A DNA stretch of 64,000 nt from Omnitrophica bacterium GWA2_41_15 (GCA_919902675.1 CAKKRH010000023.1:12000-75999); one strand, 5' to 3'. Shown: positions 44,161 through 51,895, counted from the first letter of the stretch. Program-made: numbers and translations. Notes: a model not told the origin generated them from the sequence alone.

Positions 44161-45729
44161 ATGGTATCTACTAACAATATAGAAATAAACGCGGAGTTTA
44201 AGAAAGCTCTGGAGGTAATGGAGCGCACCTCTAAGAATGTTTTTATAACCGGGAAAGCCGGCACAGGCAAATCCACGCTCTTGAATTATTTCAGAAGCCA
44301 TACGGGCAAAAAAGTGGTTGTCCTGGCTCCCACCGGAGTGGCCGCCCTTAATGTCCAGGGCGAGACTATACATTCCTTTTTCCGCTTCAAACCCGATATT
44401 ACCCTGCAAAAGATTAAAAAACTTAGCGGCAAGAGGACGCGTATCTTTAAGGAAATAGACGCCGTTATCATTGATGAGGTATCAATGGTCAGGGCGGACC
44501 TGCTTGATTGCGTGGATAAATTCCTAAGGCTTAATGCCGCGGACTCCAAACAGCCCTTTGGCGCAATCCAGATGATATTTATCGGCGATCTCTACCAATT
44601 GCCTCCGGTAGTAACCGCAAGTGAAAAAGAGATTTTTCGCTCCCACTACCAAAGCCAGTATTTTTTCGACGCGGCGGTATTTCAGGAATTTCCCATAGAG
44701 TTTATTGAACTGGAAAAAATCTACCGCCAGAAGGATAAAAAATTTATCGGACTTCTTAACGCCATTCGTAATAATTCCATCACTGATCAGGATTTATCGC
44801 TCTTAAACAGGCGGGTGGGCGCTGATTTAACAGCAGACAAAAATTCCGGATATACGGTGCACCTCTCTACTACCAATAAGACTGCCGCCGAGATTAACGC
44901 GGGGCATCTCAACAGGCTTAAAACCAGGATACACACCTATAGCGCGAAGATAGAGGGAGATTTTAAGGAATATTCTTATCCTACGGATTCCGCGTTGCGC
45001 CTGGCTGTTGGCGCGCAGGTGATGCTGCTTAACAATGATACCGCGGGAAGGTGGGTGAACGGCTCCCTGGGTGAAATTACACAGATAAAATTTAATCAGG
45101 AGGCAAACGCGGAATCGGTCTTTGTAAGGTTAGCAGAAGGGAATATTGAAGAAGTCTTACCCTTTAGCTGGGAGATATTTCATTTTAGCTTTGATGAAAC
45201 CACTTCTATGATTAAGACCGAAACCGTAGGTTCCTTTACCCAATACCCCATAAAACTTGCCTGGGCAATTACCATTCATAAGAGCCAGGGCAAGACCTTT
45301 GACCGGGTGATTGTTGATATGGGCCGAGGCGCTTTTGCCCACGGCCAGACCTATGTAGCATTAAGCCGCTGCCGTTCCTTTGAAGGAATATCGCTTGTCC
45401 GTCCCTTAAGAAAATCTGATATCCTTATGGACAGGCGCATTGTCCAATTCGTTACCAATCATCAGTATGCTATTTCCGAACGGAATATGCCTTTTGAGGA
45501 CAAACTGGAAATGATTAAAGAAGCTATAGACAACAATACCGGCCTTGAGATATTATACCTGAAGGCAAGCGATGAAAAATCCCGCCGCTTGATTAAGCCG
45601 CGGCGCGTCGGAAATATGATTTATCAGGATAAAGAGTTTATCGGCCTTGAGGCATTCTGCCTAAAGCGCCGGGAAGACAGGGTATTCCGGGTAGATAGGA
45701 TACTGGAGATGAAAACGGTAAAAGAGTAA
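44161..45729 (+). CDS. PIF1/RecD-like SF1 helicase with WYL-like C-terminal domain
   Basis: Walker A GKAGTGKST, Walker B IIDEVSM, GDLYQLPPV and AITIHKSQG. The C-terminal ...ILYLKASDEKSRRLIKPRRVG....FRVDRILEM resembles a WYL domain. Confidence 0.85.
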   Translation: MVSTNNIEINAEFKKALEVMERTSKNVFITGKAGTGKSTLLNYFRSHTGKKVVVLAPTGVAALNVQGETIHSFFRFKPDITLQKIKKLSGKRTRIFKEIDAVIIDEVSMVRADLLDCVDKFLRLNAADSKQPFGAIQMIFIGDLYQLPPVVTASEKEIFRSHYQSQYFFDAAVFQEFPIEFIELEKIYRQKDKKFIGLLNAIRNNSITDQDLSLLNRRVGADLTADKNSGYTVHLSTTNKTAAEINAGHLNRLKTRIHTYSAKIEGDFKEYSYPTDSALRLAVGAQVMLLNNDTAGRWVNGSLGEITQIKFNQEANAESVFVRLAEGNIEEVLPFSWEIFHFSFDETTSMIKTETVGSFTQYPIKLAWAITIHKSQGKTFDRVIVDMGRGAFAHGQTYVALSRCRSFEGISLVRPLRKSDILMDRRIVQFVTNHQYAISERNMPFEDKLEMIKEAIDNNTGLEILYLKASDEKSRRLIKPRRVGNMIYQDKEFIGLEAFCLKRREDRVFRVDRILEMKTVKE

Positions 45730-46073
45730 GCTCCTTGCCGGAAGGGGCATGAATTGAAACCTTGAGAGAGCGTAGATAATTACGCTTTACTATTTTATGA
45801 TAAAATAGTAAACTATACCTTACTATGACAGAAGAGATACTCTAAAAGGAGGGCTGTTATGGAGCTAAAGGATTATGAAATCGCGCGGGTGAGGGTATGA
45901 GCGACAAAGATACCCTTTGTTTATACCGTCACAAGCAGGCGGAAGAAACTCTAATTTCACCTTAAGTGCATTTTTGGCACAATATTCTTTTGACGCAGTA
46001 TAGAGGTTTACAAAAAATTCCTTGCGCCCGGCTGATTTCCGTGGTATAAATCGATATCTAAGAAGACCCACAC

Positions 46074-46158
46074 AGTGCTATGTTAGGAGGGGCAAATCTG
46101 GCACTTTAAAATAATCAAAACCTTCGCCGGCCGTACTTTTGGCTGGCGAAGGTTTTTT
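46074..46158 (+). ncRNA. Unassigned RNA-like element, copy A (5' stem-loop plus intrinsic terminator)
   Basis: agtgc-tatgttaggaggggcaaatctg-gcact, a linker, then ccttcgccggcc-gtactttt-ggctggcgaagg-tttttt (46121-46158). Homologous to 46779-46902. Ends 49 nt before the MNT start codon. Confidence 0.5.
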
Positions 46159-46207
46159 AGTTTCTGAGATTTTATATATCATTATTCTGGAGGAAGGAGA
46201 ATAGTAT

Positions 46208-46516
46208 ATGAGAGAGGCAAAACGCTCAAGTCTTAAAAAGATAAAGGAAATCCTTAATGAACACAAAAATGAATTAAAAGAAAGACATGAAATATCCGAG
46301 ATCGGCATATTTGGCTCTTATGTAAGAGGAGAGCAGAAAAAGAACAGCGATATTGATATTTTGGTTGAATTTGGAAGGCCAGTAGATTTCTTTGAGTATC
46401 TAGAATTGGAAGAGTATCTTTCGAAGCTTCTAAAGGTAAATGTGGATTTAGTGATGAAAAAAGCCCTGAGGCCTATTATAGGAAAGCATATTCTGAGGGA
46501 GGCTGTTTATGTCTAA
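46208..46516 (+). CDS. Nucleotidyltransferase (MNT-type antitoxin of HEPN/MNT modules)
   Basis: GIFGSYVRGEQKKNSDIDILVEF is the minimal NTase GS...DxD motif. 102 aa. Overlaps the downstream DUF86-like reading frame (ATGTCTAA). Confidence 0.85.
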   Translation: MREAKRSSLKKIKEILNEHKNELKERHEISEIGIFGSYVRGEQKKNSDIDILVEFGRPVDFFEYLELEEYLSKLLKVNVDLVMKKALRPIIGKHILREAVYV

Positions 46517-46741
46517 AAAAAGGATTTACATTGACTATGCACAAGACATAATAAACGAGTTAAAGCGCGAGCCAAATATCAGCAAGTCCCATGGAGGAGG
46601 ATCGCCGGGATGAGAGATAAGTTAATACACGAATATTTTGGCGTCGATTATGAAACACTATGGGAAACAATTAAGAAAAGGACCGTAGAAATTAAACCTG
46701 CTATTGAAAAGATGGCAAAAGATTTAAAAAAAGAAAAATAG
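46509..46741 (+). pseudogene. Decayed HEPN (DUF86-type) toxin gene
   Basis: Frame 1 gives MSKKRIYIDYAQDIINELKREPNISKSHGGGSPG* (46509-46613). A second frame, open from 46535, gives ...AKYQQVPWRRIAGMRDKLIHEYFGVDYETLWETIKK...* (to 46741). That is the DUF86 C-terminal half with the Rx4H motif RDKLIH. The central part of a normal DUF86 protein appears to be missing and the halves are out of frame. Confidence 0.65.
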
Positions 46742-46778
46742 CTTTCAATGGTATAAAAGCCTTATAAAGAAAGGTTAT

Positions 46779-46902
46779 AGTGCTATGTTAAGAAGGGGTA
46801 AATCTGGCACTTTCCGCCAAAGGCGGATCCGCCAAGCAATGTGGCGGAAAAACAATCAAAACCTTCGCTGGCCATACTTTTGGCTGGCGGGGGTTTTATT
46901 TT
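46779..46902 (+). ncRNA. Unassigned RNA-like element, copy B (with a 40-nt hairpin-forming insertion)
   Basis: It has the same 5' stem-loop (agtgc...gcact) and terminator (ccttcgctggcc-atactttt-ggctggcggggg-ttttatttt) as copy A. An extra ccgccaaaggcggatccgccaagcaatgtggcggaaaaac lies at 46814-46853. Ends 30 nt before a small ORF. Confidence 0.5.
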
Positions 46903-46932
46903 ATATGAAAGGTAATACTGACAGGTGAAAAC

Positions 46933-47097
46933 ATGGTAAAAAAGCGGGCTAAAAAGATTATTCCATGCCGGCACGATTATAAAAACGCAATTAAAGTTGG
47001 AAATGTTGATTACGCGTGTCCATTATGTAAAGAGCTCTTAGACCCTTTGGAGTGGTTTTTTATGAATAGCTTTGAGTTTGTTGATTTAGTAACATAA
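46933..47097 (+). CDS. Hypothetical small Cys/His-containing protein (not in the ORF track)
   Basis: My own translation: MVKKRAKKIIPCRHDYKNAIKVGNVDYACPLCKELLDPLEWFFMNSFEFVDLVT*. SD aggtga lies 5 nt upstream. Confidence 0.3.
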   Translation: MVKKRAKKIIPCRHDYKNAIKVGNVDYACPLCKELLDPLEWFFMNSFEFVDLVT

Positions 47098-47139
47098 ATA
47101 CCTTGCCTGATTGCTGAGGCTAATTGAGTGTAGTTTAAG

Positions 47140-47421
47140 ATGACAGACTATTTTTGGGCAAAAACAACACAAGATGGCAGGCCGGGAAAATCGGTAGCTG
47201 CGCATAAGCGCGATGTTCAATCCGTAGCCAATATAATGCTGGATGGAAAAGAAAGCCTATTGGTTCGATATGGTTTGAAAAGAGAATTTGTCGCCGCATT
47301 TACCGGTTTGCATGATATAGGCAAAGTTTCGCCTGGTTTTCAATCAAAATGCAAAGAATGGTTAAGGAAAAGCGGTCTTGAGCGAACCGCACGGAACAAT
47401 GCGTGGGATGAACCGGTTTAA
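47140..47421 (+). pseudogene. cas3: cas3 fragment (N-terminal HD domain only), truncated at a CRISPR repeat
   Basis: MTDYFWAKTTQDGRPG...AAHKRDVQSVA...FTGLHDIGKVSPGFQ matches the type I Cas3 HD N-terminus (YWAKS...H..DV...LHDIGK). The ORF ends by reading into repeat-derived sequence gcgtgggatgaaccg (47401-47415). Confidence 0.8.
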
Positions 47422-47537
47422 TAGGATTTCAGAAGGGGCATCCAAGAATGTTCCCCACACGCGTGGGGATGAACCGTTACGATAAATGGCGAAATGCAAA
47501 ACTTAAAGATGTTCCCCGTGAAGCCATCAGATTTGTG
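47401..47537 (+). CRISPR. Remnant type I-E-like CRISPR array (partial repeat, spacer, full repeat, spacer, degenerate repeat)
   Basis: Full 29-nt repeat atgttccccacacgcgtggggatgaaccg at 47448-47476 (compare the E. coli I-E repeat GAGTTCCCCGCGCCAGCGGGGATAAACCG). The 3' part of a repeat lies at 47401-47415. Two 32-nt spacers lie at 47416-47447 and 47477-47508. A degenerate terminal repeat atgttccccgtgaagcc... starts at 47509. Confidence 0.8.
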
Positions 47538-47585
47538 TGGACAAGGTGTGTACAATATGGTATTCTTTATGTGAGAGAAAGGAGG

Positions 47586-47870
47586 ATGAAAATGGCACAT
47601 ACTCTTCAGAAGAATCATCGCATGGATTTGCGCGTTAAGGCTGATAAAAAAGAACTCTTGAATTACGCGGCTTCTCTTCAGAATTTGAGCCTTTCAGCGT
47701 TTGTATTGGCGAGCGCCTTGAAAGAGGCACAGGCGGTCGTAACCGAAAAGGCGCATTTTTCACTACCCGCCAAGGAGTGGAAGTCTTTTTGCGCCAGGCT
47801 TGATCAACCGGCGCAATCAATTCCTAAATTAAAAAAGCTTTTTTCACAACTAAGCGTATTTAATGAGTGA
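47586..47870 (+). CDS. tacA: DUF1778 (TacA-type, RHH) antitoxin
   Basis: ...RMDLRVKADKKELLNYAASLQNLSLSAFVLASALKEAQAVV is a typical DUF1778. SD aaggagg precedes the ATG at 47586. The track ORF's 5' extension (47448-47585) is a translation of the CRISPR remnant. Confidence 0.8.
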   Translation: MKMAHTLQKNHRMDLRVKADKKELLNYAASLQNLSLSAFVLASALKEAQAVVTEKAHFSLPAKEWKSFCARLDQPAQSIPKLKKLFSQLSVFNE

Positions 47871-48375
47871 AAAACTTTCGCTGACATCTCCTGTTTTGCT
47901 TGAATCATCTCATTGCGTTGATGATTTTGATTGCGGCAATCCGGAGCTCAATCATTACATTCAACGTTTCGCGTTCATCAACAATCAGCACGGCGCCGCG
48001 CGTACTTTTGTGGCTGTAAGGAATAACAAAATCGCGGGATATCACACTTTAACGATCGGATCGGTCAGTAAGGATGAAGCTCCTCAGCGTATTTCTCAAG
48101 GATTGGCAAAACATCCCGTACCGGTTGTTATTGTTGCCCGGTTAGCAGTTGATAAGCGTTTTCATGGAAAAGGAATCGGCCAAGCCTTGCTAAAAAACGC
48201 GCTTCTGCGAATTGCGCGCGCGGCTGATGAAATCGGGGGGCGGGCTGTTTTGGTTCACGCAAAGAATGATGAGGCCAAAGCCTTTTATCTAAAATTTGGA
48301 TTTGAGCCTTCACCAACGGATCGATTTCATTTGTACTTACTTATGAAAGATATTAAGAAAACCATTCAGAATTAA
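47863..48375 (+). CDS. tacT: GNAT acetyltransferase toxin (TacT-type)
   Basis: 170-aa GNAT (…RLAVDKRFHGKGIGQALLKNAL…) with the TacT-like N-terminus DDFDCGNPELNHYIQRFA. Overlaps tacA by 8 nt. Confidence 0.8.
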   Translation: MSEKLSLTSPVLLESSHCVDDFDCGNPELNHYIQRFAFINNQHGAARTFVAVRNNKIAGYHTLTIGSVSKDEAPQRISQGLAKHPVPVVIVARLAVDKRFHGKGIGQALLKNALLRIARAADEIGGRAVLVHAKNDEAKAFYLKFGFEPSPTDRFHLYLLMKDIKKTIQN

Positions 48376-48630
48376 AATGGAAAAAGAGGCCATATTTCAT
48401 CGGTTCTCCCGGGAAAGAAGGGATATTCGAATAATCATAATTCTAAACCAATCGAATTCAGGCGTTTCCTGTTTTAGCCTATAGATACGGAGCTATTATA
48501 GGAGCGATACTTATTTGATTCTTTAGCGGCCCATAATACCAGAATATACGATAAGCACCAGGGACGTTCTGCATTGTGTCATTGTTGTCAAGTGGGTATT
48601 GTTACATGGGGGATGTGAGAGGAAAGCGCC

Positions 48631-49155
48631 ATGCCGATAACATTTAATCGTTTTGCGGCGATAGATTTTGAGACCGCTGATTACGGGCGCGACAGCGCCT
48701 GCGCGGTATCGGTGGTTATTGTTGAGAAAAGCAAGATCACCAAGAAAACATCCGTCCTTATCCGGCCTCCGAGACGGGATTTTGTTTTTTCGTATCTGCA
48801 TGGAATTACCTGGCCGGATGTGGCCGCGAAACCTGATTTTGGTGAACTCTGGCCGGAAATTAACAGCCTATTAAAGCGGGTAGAATTTATTGCCGCGCAC
48901 AACGCGTCCTTTGACCGCGGGGTCCTGCGTGCCTGCTGCGCCATGGCAGGAGTTAGCGCGCCGGACATTAGGTATCTATGCACCGTGAAACTGGCGCGCC
49001 ATTTGTGGGGGTTGTATCCGACTAAATTACCGGATGTGTCGCGACATCTTGGCATAACGCTTAATCATCATAACGCGCAGTCCGATGCTATGGCATGCGC
49101 CAAAATTGTACTTAAGGCTTCGAAAGAAGAAATTCCGGCAAGCGCGTTTTTATAG
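48631..49155 (+). CDS. DEDDh 3'-5' exonuclease (DnaQ/epsilon-like)
   Basis: Exo I FAAIDFETAD, Exo II AHNASFDRGVL, Exo III HHNAQSDAMACAKI. Confidence 0.8.
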   Translation: MPITFNRFAAIDFETADYGRDSACAVSVVIVEKSKITKKTSVLIRPPRRDFVFSYLHGITWPDVAAKPDFGELWPEINSLLKRVEFIAAHNASFDRGVLRACCAMAGVSAPDIRYLCTVKLARHLWGLYPTKLPDVSRHLGITLNHHNAQSDAMACAKIVLKASKEEIPASAFL

Positions 49156-49224
49156 AAAAAGGCAGTTGTTAGTAAAATACGCGGGCTTAAGGTAATAGTA
49201 TATAAATAGTAGGATATAAAATAT

Positions 49225-49253
49225 TTGACATACCATATTCAATATGGTATACT
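49225..49253 (+). promoter_or_regulatory. Sigma-70 promoter (TTGACA-N17-TATACT) with an embedded perfect palindrome (probable VapB operator)
   Basis: ttgaca at 49225-49230 and tatact at 49248-49253. The palindrome ataccatatt-c-aatatggtat spans 49230-49250. Confidence 0.65.
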
Positions 49254-49277
49254 TTTTGTTAAAGGGGGTAAATCATA

Positions 49278-49514
49278 ATGACTACCGCAATCGTAACTTC
49301 AAAGGGACAGATCGTCATACCTTCCAAAATACGCCGCAGGCTCAATATCAAGAGAGGAACAAAGCTATATATTGAGGAAAAGGGAGACGAACTTATTCTT
49401 AAGACAGTTACACCGGCTTATTTTGAAAAAATTGCCGGTGTTTTACTCACAAAGGGAAAGCTGTCAAAAGCGCTTATTCAAGAGCGGGAAAAAGATAAGA
49501 AAATAGAGGGTTAA
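49278..49514 (+). CDS. vapB: AbrB/SpoVT-type antitoxin (VapB-like)
   Basis: MTTAIVTSKGQIVIPSKIRRRLNIKRGTKLYIEEKGDELILK is a typical SpoVT/AbrB swapped-hairpin domain. Confidence 0.8.
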   Translation: MTTAIVTSKGQIVIPSKIRRRLNIKRGTKLYIEEKGDELILKTVTPAYFEKIAGVLLTKGKLSKALIQEREKDKKIEG

Positions 49515-49517
49515 CGG

Positions 49518-49916
49518 ATGATAATGGTATTAGACGCGCATGGCCTCCTGGTTTTCCTGGAAAAAGAGGCCGGATATGGAAAAGTTGAAGAATCTTTTAT
49601 CGCGGCGGTAGAAAAAAATGAGCATATATTAATGGCATCGGTAAATTTCGGGGAAGTCTATTATATTGTTTTACGTGAGTGCGGACAAGACAAAGCCCAC
49701 GAAATAGAGAAAATAATCAAAACTTTGCCTATCGAGATAATTGATGTAGATATCCGGCTTGCCAAAGAAGCCGCCCGGTTTAAAGCCAATCACAAAATGT
49801 CATATGCCGACTGTTTTGCCGCGGCCTTAGCAAGGTTGCATAAAGGAGAAATTATAACCGGAGATAAAGAGTTCAAAACCGTTGAAAGTGAGATTAAGAT
49901 TGCCTGGCTTCCTTAA
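49518..49916 (+). CDS. vapC: PIN-domain toxin (VapC-like)
   Basis: 132 aa with N-terminal ...VLDAHGL..., acidic residues spaced as in PIN domains, and C-terminal ITGDKEF. Lies 3 nt after vapB. Confidence 0.8.
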   Translation: MIMVLDAHGLLVFLEKEAGYGKVEESFIAAVEKNEHILMASVNFGEVYYIVLRECGQDKAHEIEKIIKTLPIEIIDVDIRLAKEAARFKANHKMSYADCFAAALARLHKGEIITGDKEFKTVESEIKIAWLP

Positions 49917-50137
49917 AAAACCCTTCAAATACTCCTGCCAAATGAGGAATTTCCGATTTCCCCACAAAATAACACGAAATAGCAAGAAAAGGATATAAAC
50001 CAGGCAGAGCCTAAATATCCAACATAGGAATTATGTGAATAAACAACAAAAAGTAAGCTTTCCCAGATTGCGTAGTTAACATAAGATATATTATAGGCAC
50101 AAGAGCGACATTTCATAGTAAATAAATAAGTTTATTT

Positions 50138-50335
50138 TCAAGTGGTTTTTATAGATTCTAGATACATTTTAATTTTGGCCAATTGCTCTTTCTTGGGCCT
50201 ATTCTTCTCTTTAATCCATCTTTCAATGGTTTTAGAAGTAACCCCTAAATAATCAGCCAGGTCTTTGGTTTCATATCTTCCACTATAAATGTAGAAATTA
50301 TGCAGATTAAACCACTCTTGTAATTCCTTATCCAT
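50138..50335 (-). CDS. Small helix-turn-helix protein
   Basis: ...YETKDLADYLGVTSKTIERWIKEKNRPKKEQL is an HTH of the excisionase/terminase-small/sigma region 4 type. It sits at the island edge and is divergent from rpoN. Confidence 0.5.
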   Translation of the reverse strand: MDKELQEWFNLHNFYIYSGRYETKDLADYLGVTSKTIERWIKEKNRPKKEQLAKIKMYLESIKTT

Positions 50336-50423
50336 TCCGCAGCCTCTCTTTAGAAAAACTTATCATAGGCCAAATATACCTTGAAATTTGACTTTGTCAA
50401 GGCTGGCTTAGGAAAATAAAATC

Positions 50424-50452
50424 TTGTCTAAAACAGTAAATTGGCATATAAT
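50424..50452 (+). promoter_or_regulatory. Sigma-70-type promoter upstream of rpoN (TTGTCT-N17-TATAAT)
   Basis: ttgtct at 50424-50429, a 17-nt spacer, tataat at 50447-50452. Confidence 0.5.
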
Positions 50453-50515
50453 ACGCTCATTATAGAGTCAGCGAACGCTGATCCTATGCGCTGATCCCTA
50501 CACTAAAAAACACTA

Positions 50516-51895
50516 ATGAAAATTCAATTATCACAAAAATTAGCCCAAAAAATGGCTTTGACCCCTCAGATGAGGCAATCTATTCATATCCTGCAGCTGC
50601 CTTTATTTGAGTTAAAGGCCTATCTAGAGCAGCAAATAGAAGAAAATCCGGCCATAGAAGACATACCGCATGAATCTGAGCTTAAGGAGCGCGCGCAGGA
50701 CCTGGAAATTGAGCGGTTGACAGAATTAATTGACCAGGACCGGAAAGATTTTGAAGACGGCTTTGACTCGGGGCACAGTCAGCTGGAGCTAAGAAAAAAA
50801 CAAGGCTATCAGGAAAGCTTAATTATTAAACAGCAGACCCTGCATGAGCATCTCCTCAGGCAGTTAAGGCTGCAATCGCTTAACAAGACTGATTATAAGA
50901 TAGGCGAGCTTCTTATCGGTGAGATAGATGAAAATGGCTACTTTCAGGGCAGCTTAGAAATAATAACTGAGAATTTAAAAGTCAGCCCCCAGAATGCTCA
51001 AAGCATACTTTCCCTGATTCAGACATTCGAGCCTCCTGGGGTAGGGTCAAGGAATTTAAAGGAATGCCTACTCATCCAGCTCAATTCCAAAGGAAAACGT
51101 AATTCCTTAGCCTACAAGGTTGTGGAAAACCATCTGGTTGATTTAGCTAAAAATAAGGTTGAGTTAATTGCCCGGCAACTTAAGGTTACTCCTGAATTAA
51201 TAAAAACGGCTTTAAAGGAAATCTCCGCTTTAGAGCCTAAACCAGGACGGGCCTTTCACCAATCAGCAACCAGACGGATTCTGCCCGATGTAATCGTAGA
51301 AAAAAGAAACAATGACTACGAAATAACCGTTAATGGCCAGGACCTTCCTTCCCTTAAGATAAGCTCACAGTATAAGGATCTGCTCAAGAAAAAAGATACC
51401 ACCGAGGAAGTCAGGAAATATTTAAAAGAGCGCTTAGGCTCCGCGATGTGGTTAGCCAAGGCGGTGAGCCAGAGACAAGAAACCATCAGCCGGGTCGCGG
51501 AATACATAGTCAAAAAACAAAGGGATTTCTTTGAATACGGATACGGCCACCTTAAGCCCCTAACCATGAAAGAAGTCGCCCAAGAAGTGGAGAGAAACGA
51601 ATCTACCATCAGCCGGGTTGTCAACAGCAAGTATATCCAGACTCCTTATGGCGTATTTGGATTAAGTTATTTTTTCAGCGGATCGTTTAAGACTGACCAG
51701 GAAGGCGACATATCCGCGAATACGGTAAAGACGCAAATAGCCTCGCTTATTGACAGCGAAGACGGGCAGCATCCTTTAAGCGATGCTAAAGTCGTAAGTA
51801 TCTTACGCGGCCAAGGCCTGCGCCTGGCCCGGAGAACAATCGCTAAATATCGGGAAGAATTAAAGATCCTCCCCTCCTATCTAAGGAAAAAATAA
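50516..51895 (+). CDS. rpoN: RNA polymerase sigma-54 factor
   Basis: N-terminal region I (LSQKLAQKMALTPQMRQSIHILQLP), a core-binding region, and the C-terminal RpoN box ARRTIAKYRE. Confidence 0.95.
   Translation: MKIQLSQKLAQKMALTPQMRQSIHILQLPLFELKAYLEQQIEENPAIEDIPHESELKERAQDLEIERLTELIDQDRKDFEDGFDSGHSQLELRKKQGYQESLIIKQQTLHEHLLRQLRLQSLNKTDYKIGELLIGEIDENGYFQGSLEIITENLKVSPQNAQSILSLIQTFEPPGVGSRNLKECLLIQLNSKGKRNSLAYKVVENHLVDLAKNKVELIARQLKVTPELIKTALKEISALEPKPGRAFHQSATRRILPDVIVEKRNNDYEITVNGQDLPSLKISSQYKDLLKKKDTTEEVRKYLKERLGSAMWLAKAVSQRQETISRVAEYIVKKQRDFFEYGYGHLKPLTMKEVAQEVERNESTISRVVNSKYIQTPYGVFGLSYFFSGSFKTDQEGDISANTVKTQIASLIDSEDGQHPLSDAKVVSILRGQGLRLARRTIAKYREELKILPSYLRKK

Noticed and set aside
46098-46112. 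ctggcac within the RNA-like element as a sigma-54 -24 box.
   Set aside because: No TTGC -12 element lies at the required spacing in either copy (tggcac-tttaa-aata and tggcac-tttcc-gcca).
46078-46974. Minus-strand ORFs 46078..46308 and 46783..46974 with similar C-termini (..PAKSTAGEGFDYF.. / ..PAKSMASEGFDCF..), suggesting a duplicated gene.
   Set aside because: The similarity comes from the repeated RNA-like element read backwards. Between the conserved blocks the two copies are in different frames (VPDL versus CQIY). The shared part includes a terminator hairpin. The stem substitutions fit plus-strand RNA pairing and do not fit a coding constraint.
47448-47585. The 5' extension of track ORF 47448..47870 (MFPTRVGMNRYDKWRNAKLKDVPREA...).
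   Set aside because: This part is a translation of the CRISPR repeat, spacer and degenerate repeat. The real gene (the DUF1778 antitoxin) starts at the ATG at 47586, behind an aaggagg SD.
45730-50340. The idea that the island is an integron cassette array, with the repeated elements as attC sites.
   Set aside because: No integron integrase gene is visible nearby. Only two copies of the element exist, and other cassette boundaries lack it. The element lacks clear R''/R' (RYYYAAC...GTTRRRY) cores: gttagga/gttaaga end in A. Its 3' part is a canonical U-tract terminator.
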